Below are positions 8,982-19,033 of a stretch of 35,899 nt of DNA, one piece after another; positions within the stretch are counted from its first letter, which is position 1, and each line of letters begins with the position of its first letter. The notes under the pieces were generated by a model. That model saw only the letters and a list, made by a program, of their open reading frames with translations, did not search any database and was not told the origin of the DNA. The stretch is taken from assembly GCA_021767525.1 (NCBI GenBank), contig JAASTF010000001.1:1-35899 (forward strand), in the 5' to 3' direction. The position numbers and the translations under genes are program-made. The stretch comes from Paracoccaceae bacterium. Its GTDB lineage: Bacteria; Pseudomonadota; Alphaproteobacteria; Rhodobacterales; Rhodobacteraceae.

Positions 8982-9947
8982 CTATTCGGCCAGGTGGCAG
9001 GCCACGCGCGTTTCACCGATCCGGCGCATCTCGGGGCGTTCCTTGCTGCACCGCTCGACCGCGATGGGGCAGCGCGGGTGAAAAGCGCAGCCAGTGGGCG
9101 GGTTGATCGCATCGGGAATTTCGCCCTTGGGCGGCTCGACCTCGCGGCCGAAGGCGTCCATGCGCGGCGCCGCATCGAACAGCATCTGCGTATACGGGTG
9201 CTTGGGCGCGTCGAACAGCCGGTCGCGCGGCGCCTCTTCCACCAGGCGGCCCAGATACAGCACGCCGATCTTGTCGGCCATGTGATGCACCACCGTCAGA
9301 TCGTGGCTGATGAACAGATAGGTCAGCCCCAGATCCTTGCGCAGGTCCGACATCAGGTTCAGCACCTGCGCCTGCACCGACACGTCCAGCGCCGAGGTCG
9401 GCTCGTCGCAGACGATGATCTTGGGCCCCGAGGCCAGCGCCCGCGCGATGCAGATCCGCTGCCGCTGACCGCCGGAAAACTCGTGCGGATACTTGGCCGC
9501 GTCCTTGGCCGACAGGCCCACCTGCTCCAGCAGCCGTTCGGCCAGCCCGGTGGTGTCGCCACCCTTGGCCGCGACGGGTTCGTTGATGATTTCGCGCACG
9601 CGCCAGCGCGGGTTAAGCGAGGCATAGGGATCCTGGAAAATCATCTGGATGTCGGCGCGCACCGCCTCGATCTTGCTCGCATCGGTTTCGGTCGCCAGGT
9701 CCACGCCCTCGACCTCGACCTTGCCCTTGCTGGGCGGCACCAGCCCGACCACGATCTTGCCGATGGTCGACTTGCCCGAGCCGCTTTCGCCCACCAGTGC
9801 GTAGACGCTGTTTTCCTCTATCTCGAAACTCACCTCTGAAACGGCGGTCAGCAACGCCTTGGGCAGCCGCTCGATCACGCGGTTCAGCCAGGGTTTCGAT
9901 ACGTCGAAAACCCGGGTCAGGCTTTCGATCTTGATGATCGCGCTCAT
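8982..9947 (-). CDS. Peptide/nickel ABC transporter ATP-binding protein (DppF/OppF-like)
   Basis: GESGSGKS, FSGGQRQR, VCDEPTSALD, KHPYT and C-terminal GCAFHPRC. Confidence 0.95.
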   Translation of the reverse strand: MSAIIKIESLTRVFDVSKPWLNRVIERLPKALLTAVSEVSFEIEENSVYALVGESGSGKSTIGKIVVGLVPPSKGKVEVEGVDLATETDASKIEAVRADIQMIFQDPYASLNPRWRVREIINEPVAAKGGDTTGLAERLLEQVGLSAKDAAKYPHEFSGGQRQRICIARALASGPKIIVCDEPTSALDVSVQAQVLNLMSDLRKDLGLTYLFISHDLTVVHHMADKIGVLYLGRLVEEAPRDRLFDAPKHPYTQMLFDAAPRMDAFGREVEPPKGEIPDAINPPTGCAFHPRCPIAVERCSKERPEMRRIGETRVACHLAE

Positions 9948-10942
9948 GCGCTCACCTCGTCTTTTTGCTTGGTGTTCAACGGGAACCAGCAGGCGGCGCG
10001 GCCGTCACAGGTATCCAGCGTCGGGCCCGGATTGGCACGGCAGCGGTCCTGCGCGTAATCGCAACGCGGGTGAAAGGCGCAGCCATCGGGCAGATTGCCC
10101 AGCCGCGGCATCGCGCCGGGGATCTGGCGCAGCCGTTCCTTGCCTTGGCTCGCCAGCGGGGTCGAGGCCATCAGGCCCGCGGTATAGGGGTGGTGGGCTG
10201 CGGTAAGCACCTCGCGCACCGGCCCCAGTTCGGCCAGGCGGCCGGCATACATCACCGCCACGCGATCGGCGGCCTCGGCGATCACGCCCATGTCGTGGGT
10301 GACCAGCATGACCGCCACGCCCTTTTCGCGGCACAGACGTTTCAGCAGCGCCACGATCTGCGCCTGCACCGACACGTCCAGCGCCGTGGTAGGTTCGTCC
10401 GCGATCACCAGGTCCGGCTCGGCGCAGAGCGCCAGCGCGATCACCACGCGCTGCCGCATCCCGCCGGAAAACTCGTGCGGGTAGCTGTCGATCCGCGAAC
10501 GGGCGGCAGGAATGCCCACCTCTTCCAGCGCGGCGATGGCGCGGTTGCGCGCCTCGGTCTGGCCAACCTTCAGGTGTTCCTGGATCGTTTCGGTCAGCTG
10601 GTCGCCCACCGTCAACAACGGGTTGAGCGAGGTCAGCGGATCCTGAAAGATCATGCCCATCATCTTGCCGCGCAACCGGCGCAGCGCCTCGCCCTTGAGG
10701 GTGTGAATGTGCTGGCCCGACAGCAATATTTCGCCCGACGTGATACGCGCGGGGCGATCCAGCAGGCCCACCACGGCATTGCCGGTCATCGACTTGCCCG
10801 CGCCGGATTCACCCACGACGCCAAGGATTTCACCGGCATGGATGTCGTAGCTGACGTTGTCGACGGGCCGCAGGATGCCGTGGCGCGTGGGGATTTCCAC
10901 CACCAGGTTGCGAACGGACAAAACGGGGGTTTTCTCGGTCAT
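9944..10942 (-). CDS. Peptide/nickel ABC transporter ATP-binding protein (DppD/OppD-like)
   Basis: GESGAGKS, FSGGMRQR, IADEPTTALD, HHPYT, GCAFHPRC; ATG 10942 overlaps upstream stop (ATGA). Confidence 0.94.
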   Translation of the reverse strand: MTEKTPVLSVRNLVVEIPTRHGILRPVDNVSYDIHAGEILGVVGESGAGKSMTGNAVVGLLDRPARITSGEILLSGQHIHTLKGEALRRLRGKMMGMIFQDPLTSLNPLLTVGDQLTETIQEHLKVGQTEARNRAIAALEEVGIPAARSRIDSYPHEFSGGMRQRVVIALALCAEPDLVIADEPTTALDVSVQAQIVALLKRLCREKGVAVMLVTHDMGVIAEAADRVAVMYAGRLAELGPVREVLTAAHHPYTAGLMASTPLASQGKERLRQIPGAMPRLGNLPDGCAFHPRCDYAQDRCRANPGPTLDTCDGRAACWFPLNTKQKDEVSA

Positions 10943-11880
10943 CTCAGCCTCGGGTTCAATGCGTCGCGCAGCCAGTCGCCCAGCAGGTTGATCGACAGCG
11001 CCAGCGCCAGCAGCGTGGCCGCCGGGAAGAACAGGATCCACCATTCGCCCGAGAACATGAACTCTTGCCCGATGCGAATGAGCGTGCCCAGGCTGGGCTT
11101 GGTCGGCGGTGCGCCCACCCCGAGGAACGACAGCGTCGCCTCGGCGATGATGGCCAGCGCCAGGCTGATCGTTGCGATCACAAGCACGGGGTTCAGAACG
11201 TTGGGCAGGATGTGGCGCAGCATGATCGCAAAGGGCGAACGCCCGATCAGCCGGGCGGCCTGCACGTATTCCCGGTTTTTCTCCACCAGCGTGGCCCCAC
11301 GCACGACGCGGGCGAACTGCACCCAATCCGACAGGCCGATGGCCAGGATCAGCACCCAGATCGCCATCTGGTCGCGGTATTCGGGCGGCGTGATGCCCTT
11401 GGCGATGCCGAAAATCAGCATCGCGACGAGGATCGCCGGAAAGGTCAGCTGCACATCAGCCACGCGCATGATGATGGTTTCGGTCCAGCCGCCCAGGTAG
11501 CCCGCCAACAGGCCAAGCGCGACGCCCAGCACCATCGCCAGCAGCACCGCGGCAAAGCCCACGAACAGCGAAATGCGCATCCCGTAAAGGATGGTGGAAA
11601 ACACGTCGCGGCCTTGGTCGTCGGTGCCCAGGATGAAGTAATCGCCAGTGAACTGGTTGGCCTGGTTCGGCGGCGTGAACCCGTTCATCAGGTTCAGCGT
11701 GGCCGGATCGAACGGGTTATGCGGCGCGATCAGCGGTGCCAGCACGGCGCCGATCACCAGAACCAGCACGACGAAAGCCGACACGACGGCCACGGGCGCG
11801 TGGCGGAACGACCAGGCCAGGTCGCTGTCCCAGGCGCGGCGCAGGCGCGACGGGCGGATTTCCTGTTGAATATCGGCCAT
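10939..11880 (-). CDS. Peptide ABC transporter permease (DppC/OppC-like)
   Basis: LGTDDQGRD, EYVQAARLIG (EAA loop), HILPN, EATLSFLGVG. Confidence 0.95.
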   Translation of the reverse strand: MADIQQEIRPSRLRRAWDSDLAWSFRHAPVAVVSAFVVLVLVIGAVLAPLIAPHNPFDPATLNLMNGFTPPNQANQFTGDYFILGTDDQGRDVFSTILYGMRISLFVGFAAVLLAMVLGVALGLLAGYLGGWTETIIMRVADVQLTFPAILVAMLIFGIAKGITPPEYRDQMAIWVLILAIGLSDWVQFARVVRGATLVEKNREYVQAARLIGRSPFAIMLRHILPNVLNPVLVIATISLALAIIAEATLSFLGVGAPPTKPSLGTLIRIGQEFMFSGEWWILFFPAATLLALALSINLLGDWLRDALNPRLR

Positions 11881-11881
11881 A

Positions 11882-12865
11882 TCAGTGCCCCCCTGCCGTG
11901 CGGTCGACGCGCAGGCGCGGGTCGATCGCGAAATAGAGCATGTCGACGATCAGGTTGATGCCGACGAACATCACCGAGATCAGCATCAGATAGGCGGCCA
12001 TCACGGGGATATCGACGAACTGGATCGCGTTGATGAACAGCAAGCCGACCCCCGGCCACTGAAACACCGTTTCGGTAATGATCGCAAAGGCGATGATACT
12101 GCCCAGCTGCAGGCCGGTGATGGTGATGACCGGCACCAGCGTGTTTTTCAGCGCGTGGCGGAAATTGATCGATTTCTCGCGGATTCCCCGGGCGCGGGCA
12201 AAGCGGATGTAATCCATGCGCAGCACTTCGAGCATCTCGGTGCGCACAAGGCGCATGATCAGCGTCATCTGGTAAAGGCCCAGCGTGATCGCGGGCAATA
12301 TCAGCGCCTTAAGCCCGCTTTCCGTCAAAAACCCTGTGGTCCAGCCGCCGATGCGCGTGACCTCGCCGCGCCCGAAACTGGGCAGCCAGCCCAACTCGAC
12401 CGAGAAGACATAGATAAGCAGGATACCGATCAGGAAGGTGGGCAGCGACACCCCGATCAGTGACGCGGTCATGATGATATTGGCGGAAATGCCGCTTCGT
12501 CGGATGGCGGTGAAAATCCCCAGCGCTATGCCGCCCAGCAAGGCCATCAAGCCCGAGACAAAGGCCAGCTCCAGCGTGGCGGGCAGACGTTCCAGCAAGA
12601 TTTCCGACACCGGGCGGCCCTGACGATAGCTTAGGCCGAAATTGCCCTGCGCGGCCTGTTCCAGAAAGCGCCAATATTGCACGACGAACGGCTGATCCAG
12701 CCCCAGCTGTTCGCGCAGGCGTTCGATATCGGCCTGTGTGCGTTCCTGGCCCAACATGTTGTCGACAGGGTCGCCGACGAAGCGGAACATGGCAAAGGCC
12801 ACAAGCCCCACCACGAACAGCACCAGGATCGATTGCAGGACCCGACGGATGATATAGGCGAGCAT
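11882..12865 (-). CDS. Peptide ABC transporter permease (DppB/OppB-like)
   Basis: GLDQP..VQY, GNFGLSY, RLPATLEL, DYIRFARARG, ETVFQWPGVG, IDPR. Confidence 0.95.
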   Translation of the reverse strand: MLAYIIRRVLQSILVLFVVGLVAFAMFRFVGDPVDNMLGQERTQADIERLREQLGLDQPFVVQYWRFLEQAAQGNFGLSYRQGRPVSEILLERLPATLELAFVSGLMALLGGIALGIFTAIRRSGISANIIMTASLIGVSLPTFLIGILLIYVFSVELGWLPSFGRGEVTRIGGWTTGFLTESGLKALILPAITLGLYQMTLIMRLVRTEMLEVLRMDYIRFARARGIREKSINFRHALKNTLVPVITITGLQLGSIIAFAIITETVFQWPGVGLLFINAIQFVDIPVMAAYLMLISVMFVGINLIVDMLYFAIDPRLRVDRTAGGH

Positions 12866-12889
12866 GTCACGCTCCGTTCAAAGCGGAAA

Positions 12890-12945
12890 GCCGCGCCCGC
12901 TGGCAGCAGGCGCGGCCCAGATCGGGCGGGGACCGGCCCCGCCCG
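12890..12945 (-). terminator. Two GC-rich stem-loops after the substrate-binding protein gene (mRNA stabiliser / partial terminator)
   Basis: CGGGCGGGG-ACCGG-CCCCGCCCG (12923-12945) and GCCGCGCC...GGCGCGGC (12890-12916), followed on the minus strand by TTTCCGCTTT. Confidence 0.6.
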
Positions 12946-12953
12946 CAAGTGGC

Positions 12954-14531
12954 TTAGTTGATCTCGAAGAACTTGAACTTCGGATCGTCCTCGGGGCTCA
13001 CTTCGATGCCGACCTTTTCAGCCATACCCCAATTCAGCACCTGGTGGTGGATCGGGATATAAAGCTGCTCTTCCTGCACAACGTTCCAAATCGACTGGAT
13101 CGTGTCGTTACGCTTGTCCAGGTCGGTTTCCGACGCCAGCGACTGGATCATCTGGTCAACCTCGGCGTTCGAAAAGCCGGTGCCGTTCCAGCTGCCACGC
13201 TCGCTGCCGCGGGTATGGACGAGGAAGTTGAAGATGTATTCGGAATCATAGGTCGGCACGCCCCAACCCAGCATGTAGAAATCCGTTTCATCATTGGTGA
13301 TAAGCGGGAAATGCTGCGCCTTTGGCTTGGCATCCAGGTTCACGGTGATGCCGATCTGCGCCAGCATGCCGACGGCGGCCTGGCAGATCGCCTCGTCGTT
13401 CACGTAGCGGTCGTTCGGGCAGTCCAGCTGGATCGAGAAGCCATCGCCATAGCCGGCCTCTTCCATCAGGGCGCGCGCGGCGTCCAGATCGGTTTTCGAG
13501 GCGCTGTCCATCTCTTCGGTCCAGCCATTGACGAAGGGCGGTGCGATCATGCCGGCGGGCGCGCTTTGGCCGCGCATCACCACCTGCTTGATGGCGTCGC
13601 GGTTGATCGCCATCGACATCGCGCGGCGCACGCGCACATCGGCCAGCGGGTTCTTGCCTTCGACATCGTCATTGGCGATGTCGTCCGACCCCTGGTTCAT
13701 GCCGAAAAAGATCACGCGGTTCTGCGGCGCGGTCTTGACCACCAGGCCCTCGGTTTCGGCAACACGGCCAAGGTCCTGCACCGGCACGTCCTGGATGAAA
13801 TCGACCTCGCCCGACAGCAGCGCGGCCACGCGGGTCGCGGCGTTCTGGATCGGGGTATAGACGATCTCGGTCACGTCCAGCGGAAACTGGTCGGCGCCCC
13901 AGTAGTTTTCGTTCAGCGTCAGAACGGTTTTCACGTCCGGCTCGCGGCTGACCAGCTGGTACGGGCCGGTGCCGTTGGTGTTGGTGGTGGCAAATGTCTT
14001 TTCGCCGCCCTCCACGTCTTGCACGTCGACCGTGCCATTCGCTTCGGCCCAGCCCTTGTCCATCATGAACAGGTTGGTCAGGTTCGACGGCAGGATCGGG
14101 TTCGGACCGTCGGTCACGAATTCAACGGTGTGATCGTCGACCGCGCGCACCTCGGTGATCGAGGTCAGCAGTTCCTTCATGTCCGAGTTTTCGGACTTGG
14201 CGCGGTTGATCGAGAACACCACGTCCTCGGCGGTGAAGTCAGCACCGTCATGGTACGTCACGCCCTGACGCAGGTTGAACACCCACACGTTCGGGTCGCC
14301 CTCTTTCGGGGCCCAGTCGGTGGCCAGCGCCGGTTGGAAGGCGCCGGTCATGTCACGGATGATCAGCGGCTCGTAGATCTGGTGGGCCAGCGTGTGGGTG
14401 GGGCCTTCGTTCTGGGCGTGGGGGTCCAGCGTCAGTGAATCGCCCGCGCGCGCCCAGCGCAGCGTCTCGGCCGAGGCCGACAGCGCCGTGCTTGCCAGCA
14501 AGGCTGCGGCCAAAAATGCAGTCTTTTTCAT
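12954..14531 (-). CDS. ABC transporter substrate-binding protein, family 5 (DppA-like)
   Basis: Signal peptide MKKTAFLAAALLASTALSASA; TLDPH, YEPL, LRQGVTYHDGADFTAEDVVFS, GTGPY, DVRVRRAM; GGGAG RBS. Confidence 0.95.
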   Translation of the reverse strand: MKKTAFLAAALLASTALSASAETLRWARAGDSLTLDPHAQNEGPTHTLAHQIYEPLIIRDMTGAFQPALATDWAPKEGDPNVWVFNLRQGVTYHDGADFTAEDVVFSINRAKSENSDMKELLTSITEVRAVDDHTVEFVTDGPNPILPSNLTNLFMMDKGWAEANGTVDVQDVEGGEKTFATTNTNGTGPYQLVSREPDVKTVLTLNENYWGADQFPLDVTEIVYTPIQNAATRVAALLSGEVDFIQDVPVQDLGRVAETEGLVVKTAPQNRVIFFGMNQGSDDIANDDVEGKNPLADVRVRRAMSMAINRDAIKQVVMRGQSAPAGMIAPPFVNGWTEEMDSASKTDLDAARALMEEAGYGDGFSIQLDCPNDRYVNDEAICQAAVGMLAQIGITVNLDAKPKAQHFPLITNDETDFYMLGWGVPTYDSEYIFNFLVHTRGSERGSWNGTGFSNAEVDQMIQSLASETDLDKRNDTIQSIWNVVQEEQLYIPIHHQVLNWGMAEKVGIEVSPEDDPKFKFFEIN

Positions 14532-14722
14532 GGTTTACTCCCTGTTTTTGCCGGATCGATGCCCGGCCTGATGCGAGGCAAAATAAACAAATCCCCTATA
14601 CCTTCAAGCAATCCCGCGCCAAATTCGACCGCCGATACGCGGGACGCGACGTAAAGTTTCGGTGCAAGCTTGCGTGTCTGAACGGGATTTGTGCATTTGT
14701 GAAAGTTGCCAATCGCGGCGAC

Positions 14723-14731
14723 TGCTATACT
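14723..14731 (+). promoter_or_regulatory. Candidate extended -10 promoter element (TGCTATACT) for the RND operon
   Basis: TGnTATACT about 50 bp upstream of the MFP ATG; no convincing -35 at canonical spacing. Confidence 0.35.
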
Positions 14732-14779
14732 GTTTTCCAAGGCCGCGCGCCGTTGCGCGGTGCAACGCAAGGCACTTGC

Positions 14780-15880
14780 ATGTCCTTTTTCAAACAAGTC
14801 CTTATCCTGGCCCTTCTGGCCGGGCTTGGCTATGGCGGGTACTGGGCCTACACCGAACATTTCGCACCGCAAACCGCGGCCGACGCCGCCGGTCAGCGCG
14901 GATCGCGCCCCGCTCCGGTCGAAGTGGCGATAGCCAGGTTGCAACGCCTGCCCGAAATCGTCGAGGCGGTGGGAACGACCCGCGCGCTGCAATCCGTCGA
15001 AATCGTGCCCGAGGCCAGCGGCAGGATCGAAGAAATGCGGTTCAACCCCGGTCAGCAAGTGGAACAGGGGCAGGTCCTGGTGCGGCTGGACGATACGATT
15101 GCCCGCGCCGACATGGTCGAGGCCCGCGCCCAGCTGACCGAGCGCGAGCGCACCGTCGAGCGCGCGCAGCAACTGCGCGAAACCAACGCGGTGGCCGCCG
15201 CGACGCTGGACCAGGCCGAGGCCCGCCTGGCCGAGGCCCGCGCGCAGTTCGATCGCGCCGAACAGCGGCTGGCCGAACGCACGATCCGCGCGCCTTTCGA
15301 CGGGGTTCTGGGCCTGGCCGAGGTCGATATCGGCGCCCGCGTCAATGCCGGCACGGTCATCGCCTGGCTTGACGACCTGTCCGAGGTCGAGATCGATTTC
15401 GCCCTGCCCGAAACCTTTTTCTCGCGCGTGCGCGTCGGCCAGACCGTGACGGCCACCAGCGCCGCATTTCCGGGGCGCGCCTTTACCGGGCAGATCGATG
15501 CGGTCGACAGCCGGATCGATCCGGTGGGCCGATCTTTCCGCGCCCGCGCCCGCATCCCAAACCCCGACAACACGTTGCCGGCGGGCATGTTCATGTCGCT
15601 GGAGCTGACCCTGTCGAACCCCGAGGTCGTCACCATCCCCGAAGAAGCGTTGGTGTACCAGGCGGCGGAAACCTATGTTTTCATCGTCGAAGACGAGACC
15701 GCCCGCCGCGTAACCGTCAGAACCGGGCCGCGCCGCGATGGCATGGTGGCCATTCTTGACGGCGTGCCCCCTGAAACCGCGGTGGTTGTTCGTGGCCTGC
15801 ACCGGGTCCGCGATGGCGGCGCGGTCAGCGTGCGCAGCCAGGACGAAAGCGCCTCAACAGCATCCGAGCGCGACTCATGA
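14780..15880 (+). CDS. RND efflux periplasmic adaptor (MFP) subunit
   Basis: N-terminal TM anchor, GQQVEQGQVLVRLD, coiled hairpin, TIRAPFDG, LPAGMF; start at ATG 14780. Confidence 0.93.
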   Translation: MSFFKQVLILALLAGLGYGGYWAYTEHFAPQTAADAAGQRGSRPAPVEVAIARLQRLPEIVEAVGTTRALQSVEIVPEASGRIEEMRFNPGQQVEQGQVLVRLDDTIARADMVEARAQLTERERTVERAQQLRETNAVAAATLDQAEARLAEARAQFDRAEQRLAERTIRAPFDGVLGLAEVDIGARVNAGTVIAWLDDLSEVEIDFALPETFFSRVRVGQTVTATSAAFPGRAFTGQIDAVDSRIDPVGRSFRARARIPNPDNTLPAGMFMSLELTLSNPEVVTIPEEALVYQAAETYVFIVEDETARRVTVRTGPRRDGMVAILDGVPPETAVVVRGLHRVRDGGAVSVRSQDESASTASERDS

Positions 15881-18800
15881 CCCTGTCGGACATTTCCGTG
15901 CGCCGCCCCGTTCTGGCGGCGGTGGCCAGCCTATTGCTGATCGTTTTCGGCCTTGTGGCCCTGCGCGACATCCCCGTGCGTGAACTGCCCGACGTGGACA
16001 ACGCCGTGGTCACCGTCTCCACAACCTACCGCGGCGCCGCCCCCGAGGTGATCGACACGGATATCACCGAAACGATCGAGGGCGCCGTCGCCTCGATTTC
16101 CGGCATTCGCTCGATCAGTTCGGAAAGCCGCCAGGGACGGTCGCGGGTGACCATCGAATTCGGCACCGGCCGCGATATCGACGTGGCCGCGAACGACGTG
16201 CGCGACGCGGTGGGCCGGGTGCGCGACGATCTGCCCGACGCCGCCGACCAGCCCGAGGTCGAAAAAAGCGACGCCGACGCCGACCCGGTTATGCGCCTTG
16301 CCGTCGTGTCCGACCGCATGAGCACCGCCGAGATCACCGATTACGTCGACCGTTTCGTGGCCGACCGGCTGGCCACGCTGAACGGTGTCGCGAACCTGCG
16401 CGTCTATGGCGAACGGTCCTTCGCGGTGCGCATCTGGCTGGATCGCCGCGCCCTGGCCGCGCGCAAGCTGACCGTGGCGGATGTGCAGACCGCCCTTTTG
16501 CGCAATAACGTCGAACTGCCGGCGGGCGAGGTGACCTCGCGCGACAGGCAATTGACCGTGCGCCTTAACAGCCGTCTGCAAAGCATCGAGGATTTCCGCG
16601 ACGTGGTCGTGGACCGCGTTGCCGGATATGCGGTGCGCCTGGGCGATGTGGCCCGTGTCGAACCCGGTGTGGCCGACGATTCCACCATCGCACGCAGCGA
16701 CGGGCGCGACGCTGTGGGCATCGCCGTGCAGCGGCAAAGCCAGTCGAACACGCTGGAAATCTCGAACGCGGTGCGCGCCGAGATCGACCGTTTGCGGCCC
16801 ACCCTGCCCGAGGGCATGGAAATACTGGTGGGGTCGGATGACGCCTTGTTTGTCGGCGCCTCGATCCGCGAAGTGGTGAACGCGCTGATGATCTCGCTTG
16901 GGCTGGTGGTTCTGGTGATCCTTCTGTTCCTGCGCAGCCTGCGGGCCACGCTGATCCCGGCCATCACGATTCCGATTTCGCTGGTGGGGGCCTTTACGCT
17001 GTTCGCGGCATGGGGGTTTTCGCTGAACACGCTGACGCTGCTGGCGCTTCTTCTGGCCATCGGCCTGGTGGTAGATGACGCCATCGTGGTGCTGGAAAAC
17101 ATCCAGCGCCGGATCGAAAACGGCGAGCGGCCCCTGGTGGCGGCGTTGAAGGGGTCGAAACAGGTCACGTTCGCGGTGCTGGCCACCTCGGCCACGCTGA
17201 TCGCGGTGTTCGTGCCGCTGTCCTTCATGCCGGGCCAGGTGGGCCGCCTGTTCATCGAATTCGGCTGGGTCATGGCTGGCACCGTGGCGATTTCCACCTT
17301 CGTTGCGCTGACGGCCTGCCCCGCGCTGGCCTCGAAAATCCTGAAACCCGGCACCGGCGCGGTCGCCGATGACGAAGACGGCCCCCGCGGCCCGCTGCAA
17401 CGCGGGTATGCCAAGCTGCTGGGCGGGGCGATGCGCATCCCGCTGGTGGTGCTTGTCGTGGCGGGCGTCATCACCGGGGGCGCGGCGCTGTTCTACGAGG
17501 GCCTGCCGCGCGAACTGGCCCCGCGCGAGGATCGCGGCGTGGGCTTTGTGCCGCTGACCGCACCGCAGGGCAGCACGGTGGAATACACCGACCGTGCCGC
17601 CCAACAGGTGGAAGAGATCATTGCCCCCCTGCGCGATCAGGGCGTGGTGGAAACGGTCTTTACCTTCACGGGATGGGGCAACCGCTCGTACCGGTCTTTC
17701 GTTGTGTTCCGCCTGGCCGAATGGGACGAACGCGAGATGAGCGCCTCCGAGGTCGCCGGATCGCTGGTTCCGCAGATCACCCAGATGACCGTCGCGCGCG
17801 GCTTTCCGATCACGCCGGCGGGGCTGGGCCTGCGCGGCAACTCGACCCCGCTGCGCGTGGTGATCAGCGGGCCCGATTTCGACAGCGTGAAAACCTGGGC
17901 CACGACGATGCTGGAGCGCGCGCAGGACATCGAAGGCTTGGTGAACCCAGAAATCGACTATGAGCAGAACCTGCCGCAACTGGATGTGCAGGTCGACCGC
18001 GCGCGCGCCGATGACCTGGGCATCCCGGTCGAGGTGATCGCCAGCACGATGCAGACCATGCTTGCCTCGCACCAGGTCACGACCTTCGTCAGCCGCGGCC
18101 GCGAATACCCGGTGATCGTGCAGGCCGAGGAAAACGACCGCCGCACGCCATCGGATATCGACAACATCTATATCCGCGCGGGCGATGGCGAAACGCTGGT
18201 ACCGCTGGGCGCGCTGGTGACGGTGCGGGAAAACGCCGCCTCGTCGTCTCTGCGGCGGTTCGACCGCCTGCCGTCGATCCAGCTGTCGGGGGCGCTGGCA
18301 CCGGGCTATGACCTGGGCACCGTTCTGGCACAGGTCGAGGAACTGGCCGCCGAGGTCATCCCCCCCGAGGGCAAGCTGGGATACGAAGGGCAATCACGCA
18401 CGTTCAAGGATACCTCGTCGGGCGCGGTGACCGTCTTTGCGATGGCGCTGCTGATCGTGTTCCTGGTGCTGGCTGCGCAATTCGAAAGCTTCATTTCGCC
18501 GGTGATCATACTGCTGACCGTGCCGACAGCGGTGGCCGGGGCGATCTATGCGATGGCGCTGGGGGGGCTGTCGCTAAACGTCTACAGCCAGATCGGGATC
18601 ATATTGCTGATAGGATTGGTCGCCAAAAACGGCATCCTGATCGTGGAATTCGCCAATCAGTTGCGCGATCAGGGCGTCGCCGTGCGCGACGCGGCGATCC
18701 GCGCGGCCGTGCTGCGCCTGCGGCCCATCGCGATGACCGTCATTTCCACCGTTCTGGGCGCCCTGCCCCTGGTGCTTGCCACCGGCGCCGGTGCCGAAAG

Positions 18801-18966
18801 CCGCAATGCCATCGGCACGGTGATTATCGCCGGGCTGGTGATGTCGGCGGCGCTGATGCTGGTGGTGACGCCGGTGCTGTATGACCTGCTGGCCCGGTTC
18901 AGCCGCCCGCGCGGTGCCGTCGAAAAGGAGCTGGACGAAGCCTTTGCCAACACGCCCGCCGAATAG
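15877..18966 (+). CDS. RND efflux permease (AcrB/MdtB-like, HAE1)
   Basis: 1029 aa; RRPV, GLVVDDAIVVLENI, KNGILIVEFA, RLRPIAMT proton-relay motifs; ATGA coupling with the MFP. Confidence 0.96.
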   Translation: MTLSDISVRRPVLAAVASLLLIVFGLVALRDIPVRELPDVDNAVVTVSTTYRGAAPEVIDTDITETIEGAVASISGIRSISSESRQGRSRVTIEFGTGRDIDVAANDVRDAVGRVRDDLPDAADQPEVEKSDADADPVMRLAVVSDRMSTAEITDYVDRFVADRLATLNGVANLRVYGERSFAVRIWLDRRALAARKLTVADVQTALLRNNVELPAGEVTSRDRQLTVRLNSRLQSIEDFRDVVVDRVAGYAVRLGDVARVEPGVADDSTIARSDGRDAVGIAVQRQSQSNTLEISNAVRAEIDRLRPTLPEGMEILVGSDDALFVGASIREVVNALMISLGLVVLVILLFLRSLRATLIPAITIPISLVGAFTLFAAWGFSLNTLTLLALLLAIGLVVDDAIVVLENIQRRIENGERPLVAALKGSKQVTFAVLATSATLIAVFVPLSFMPGQVGRLFIEFGWVMAGTVAISTFVALTACPALASKILKPGTGAVADDEDGPRGPLQRGYAKLLGGAMRIPLVVLVVAGVITGGAALFYEGLPRELAPREDRGVGFVPLTAPQGSTVEYTDRAAQQVEEIIAPLRDQGVVETVFTFTGWGNRSYRSFVVFRLAEWDEREMSASEVAGSLVPQITQMTVARGFPITPAGLGLRGNSTPLRVVISGPDFDSVKTWATTMLERAQDIEGLVNPEIDYEQNLPQLDVQVDRARADDLGIPVEVIASTMQTMLASHQVTTFVSRGREYPVIVQAEENDRRTPSDIDNIYIRAGDGETLVPLGALVTVRENAASSSLRRFDRLPSIQLSGALAPGYDLGTVLAQVEELAAEVIPPEGKLGYEGQSRTFKDTSSGAVTVFAMALLIVFLVLAAQFESFISPVIILLTVPTAVAGAIYAMALGGLSLNVYSQIGIILLIGLVAKNGILIVEFANQLRDQGVAVRDAAIRAAVLRLRPIAMTVISTVLGALPLVLATGAGAESRNAIGTVIIAGLVMSAALMLVVTPVLYDLLARFSRPRGAVEKELDEAFANTPAE

Positions 18967-18976
18967 GCTGGCACCG

Positions 18977-19019
18977 AAAAAGAAAACGCCCCGGATCCCC
19001 GGGGCGTTTCCGTTTTTTT
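18977..19019. terminator. Bidirectional rho-independent terminator
   Basis: AAACGCCCCGG-ATCC-CCGGGGCGTTT hairpin flanked by an A-run and a T-run, between convergent RND and AKR genes. Confidence 0.85.
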
Positions 19020-19033
19020 GGCTCTAGGGGCGG

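Noticed and set aside
15931-18393. Long antisense ORFs (this 820-aa one; also 28373..30799, 12864..14438, 9965..11500, 1138..2655, 32622..34127)
   Set aside because: They mirror well-supported genes on the other strand, lack motifs, and are expected from high-GC codon bias.
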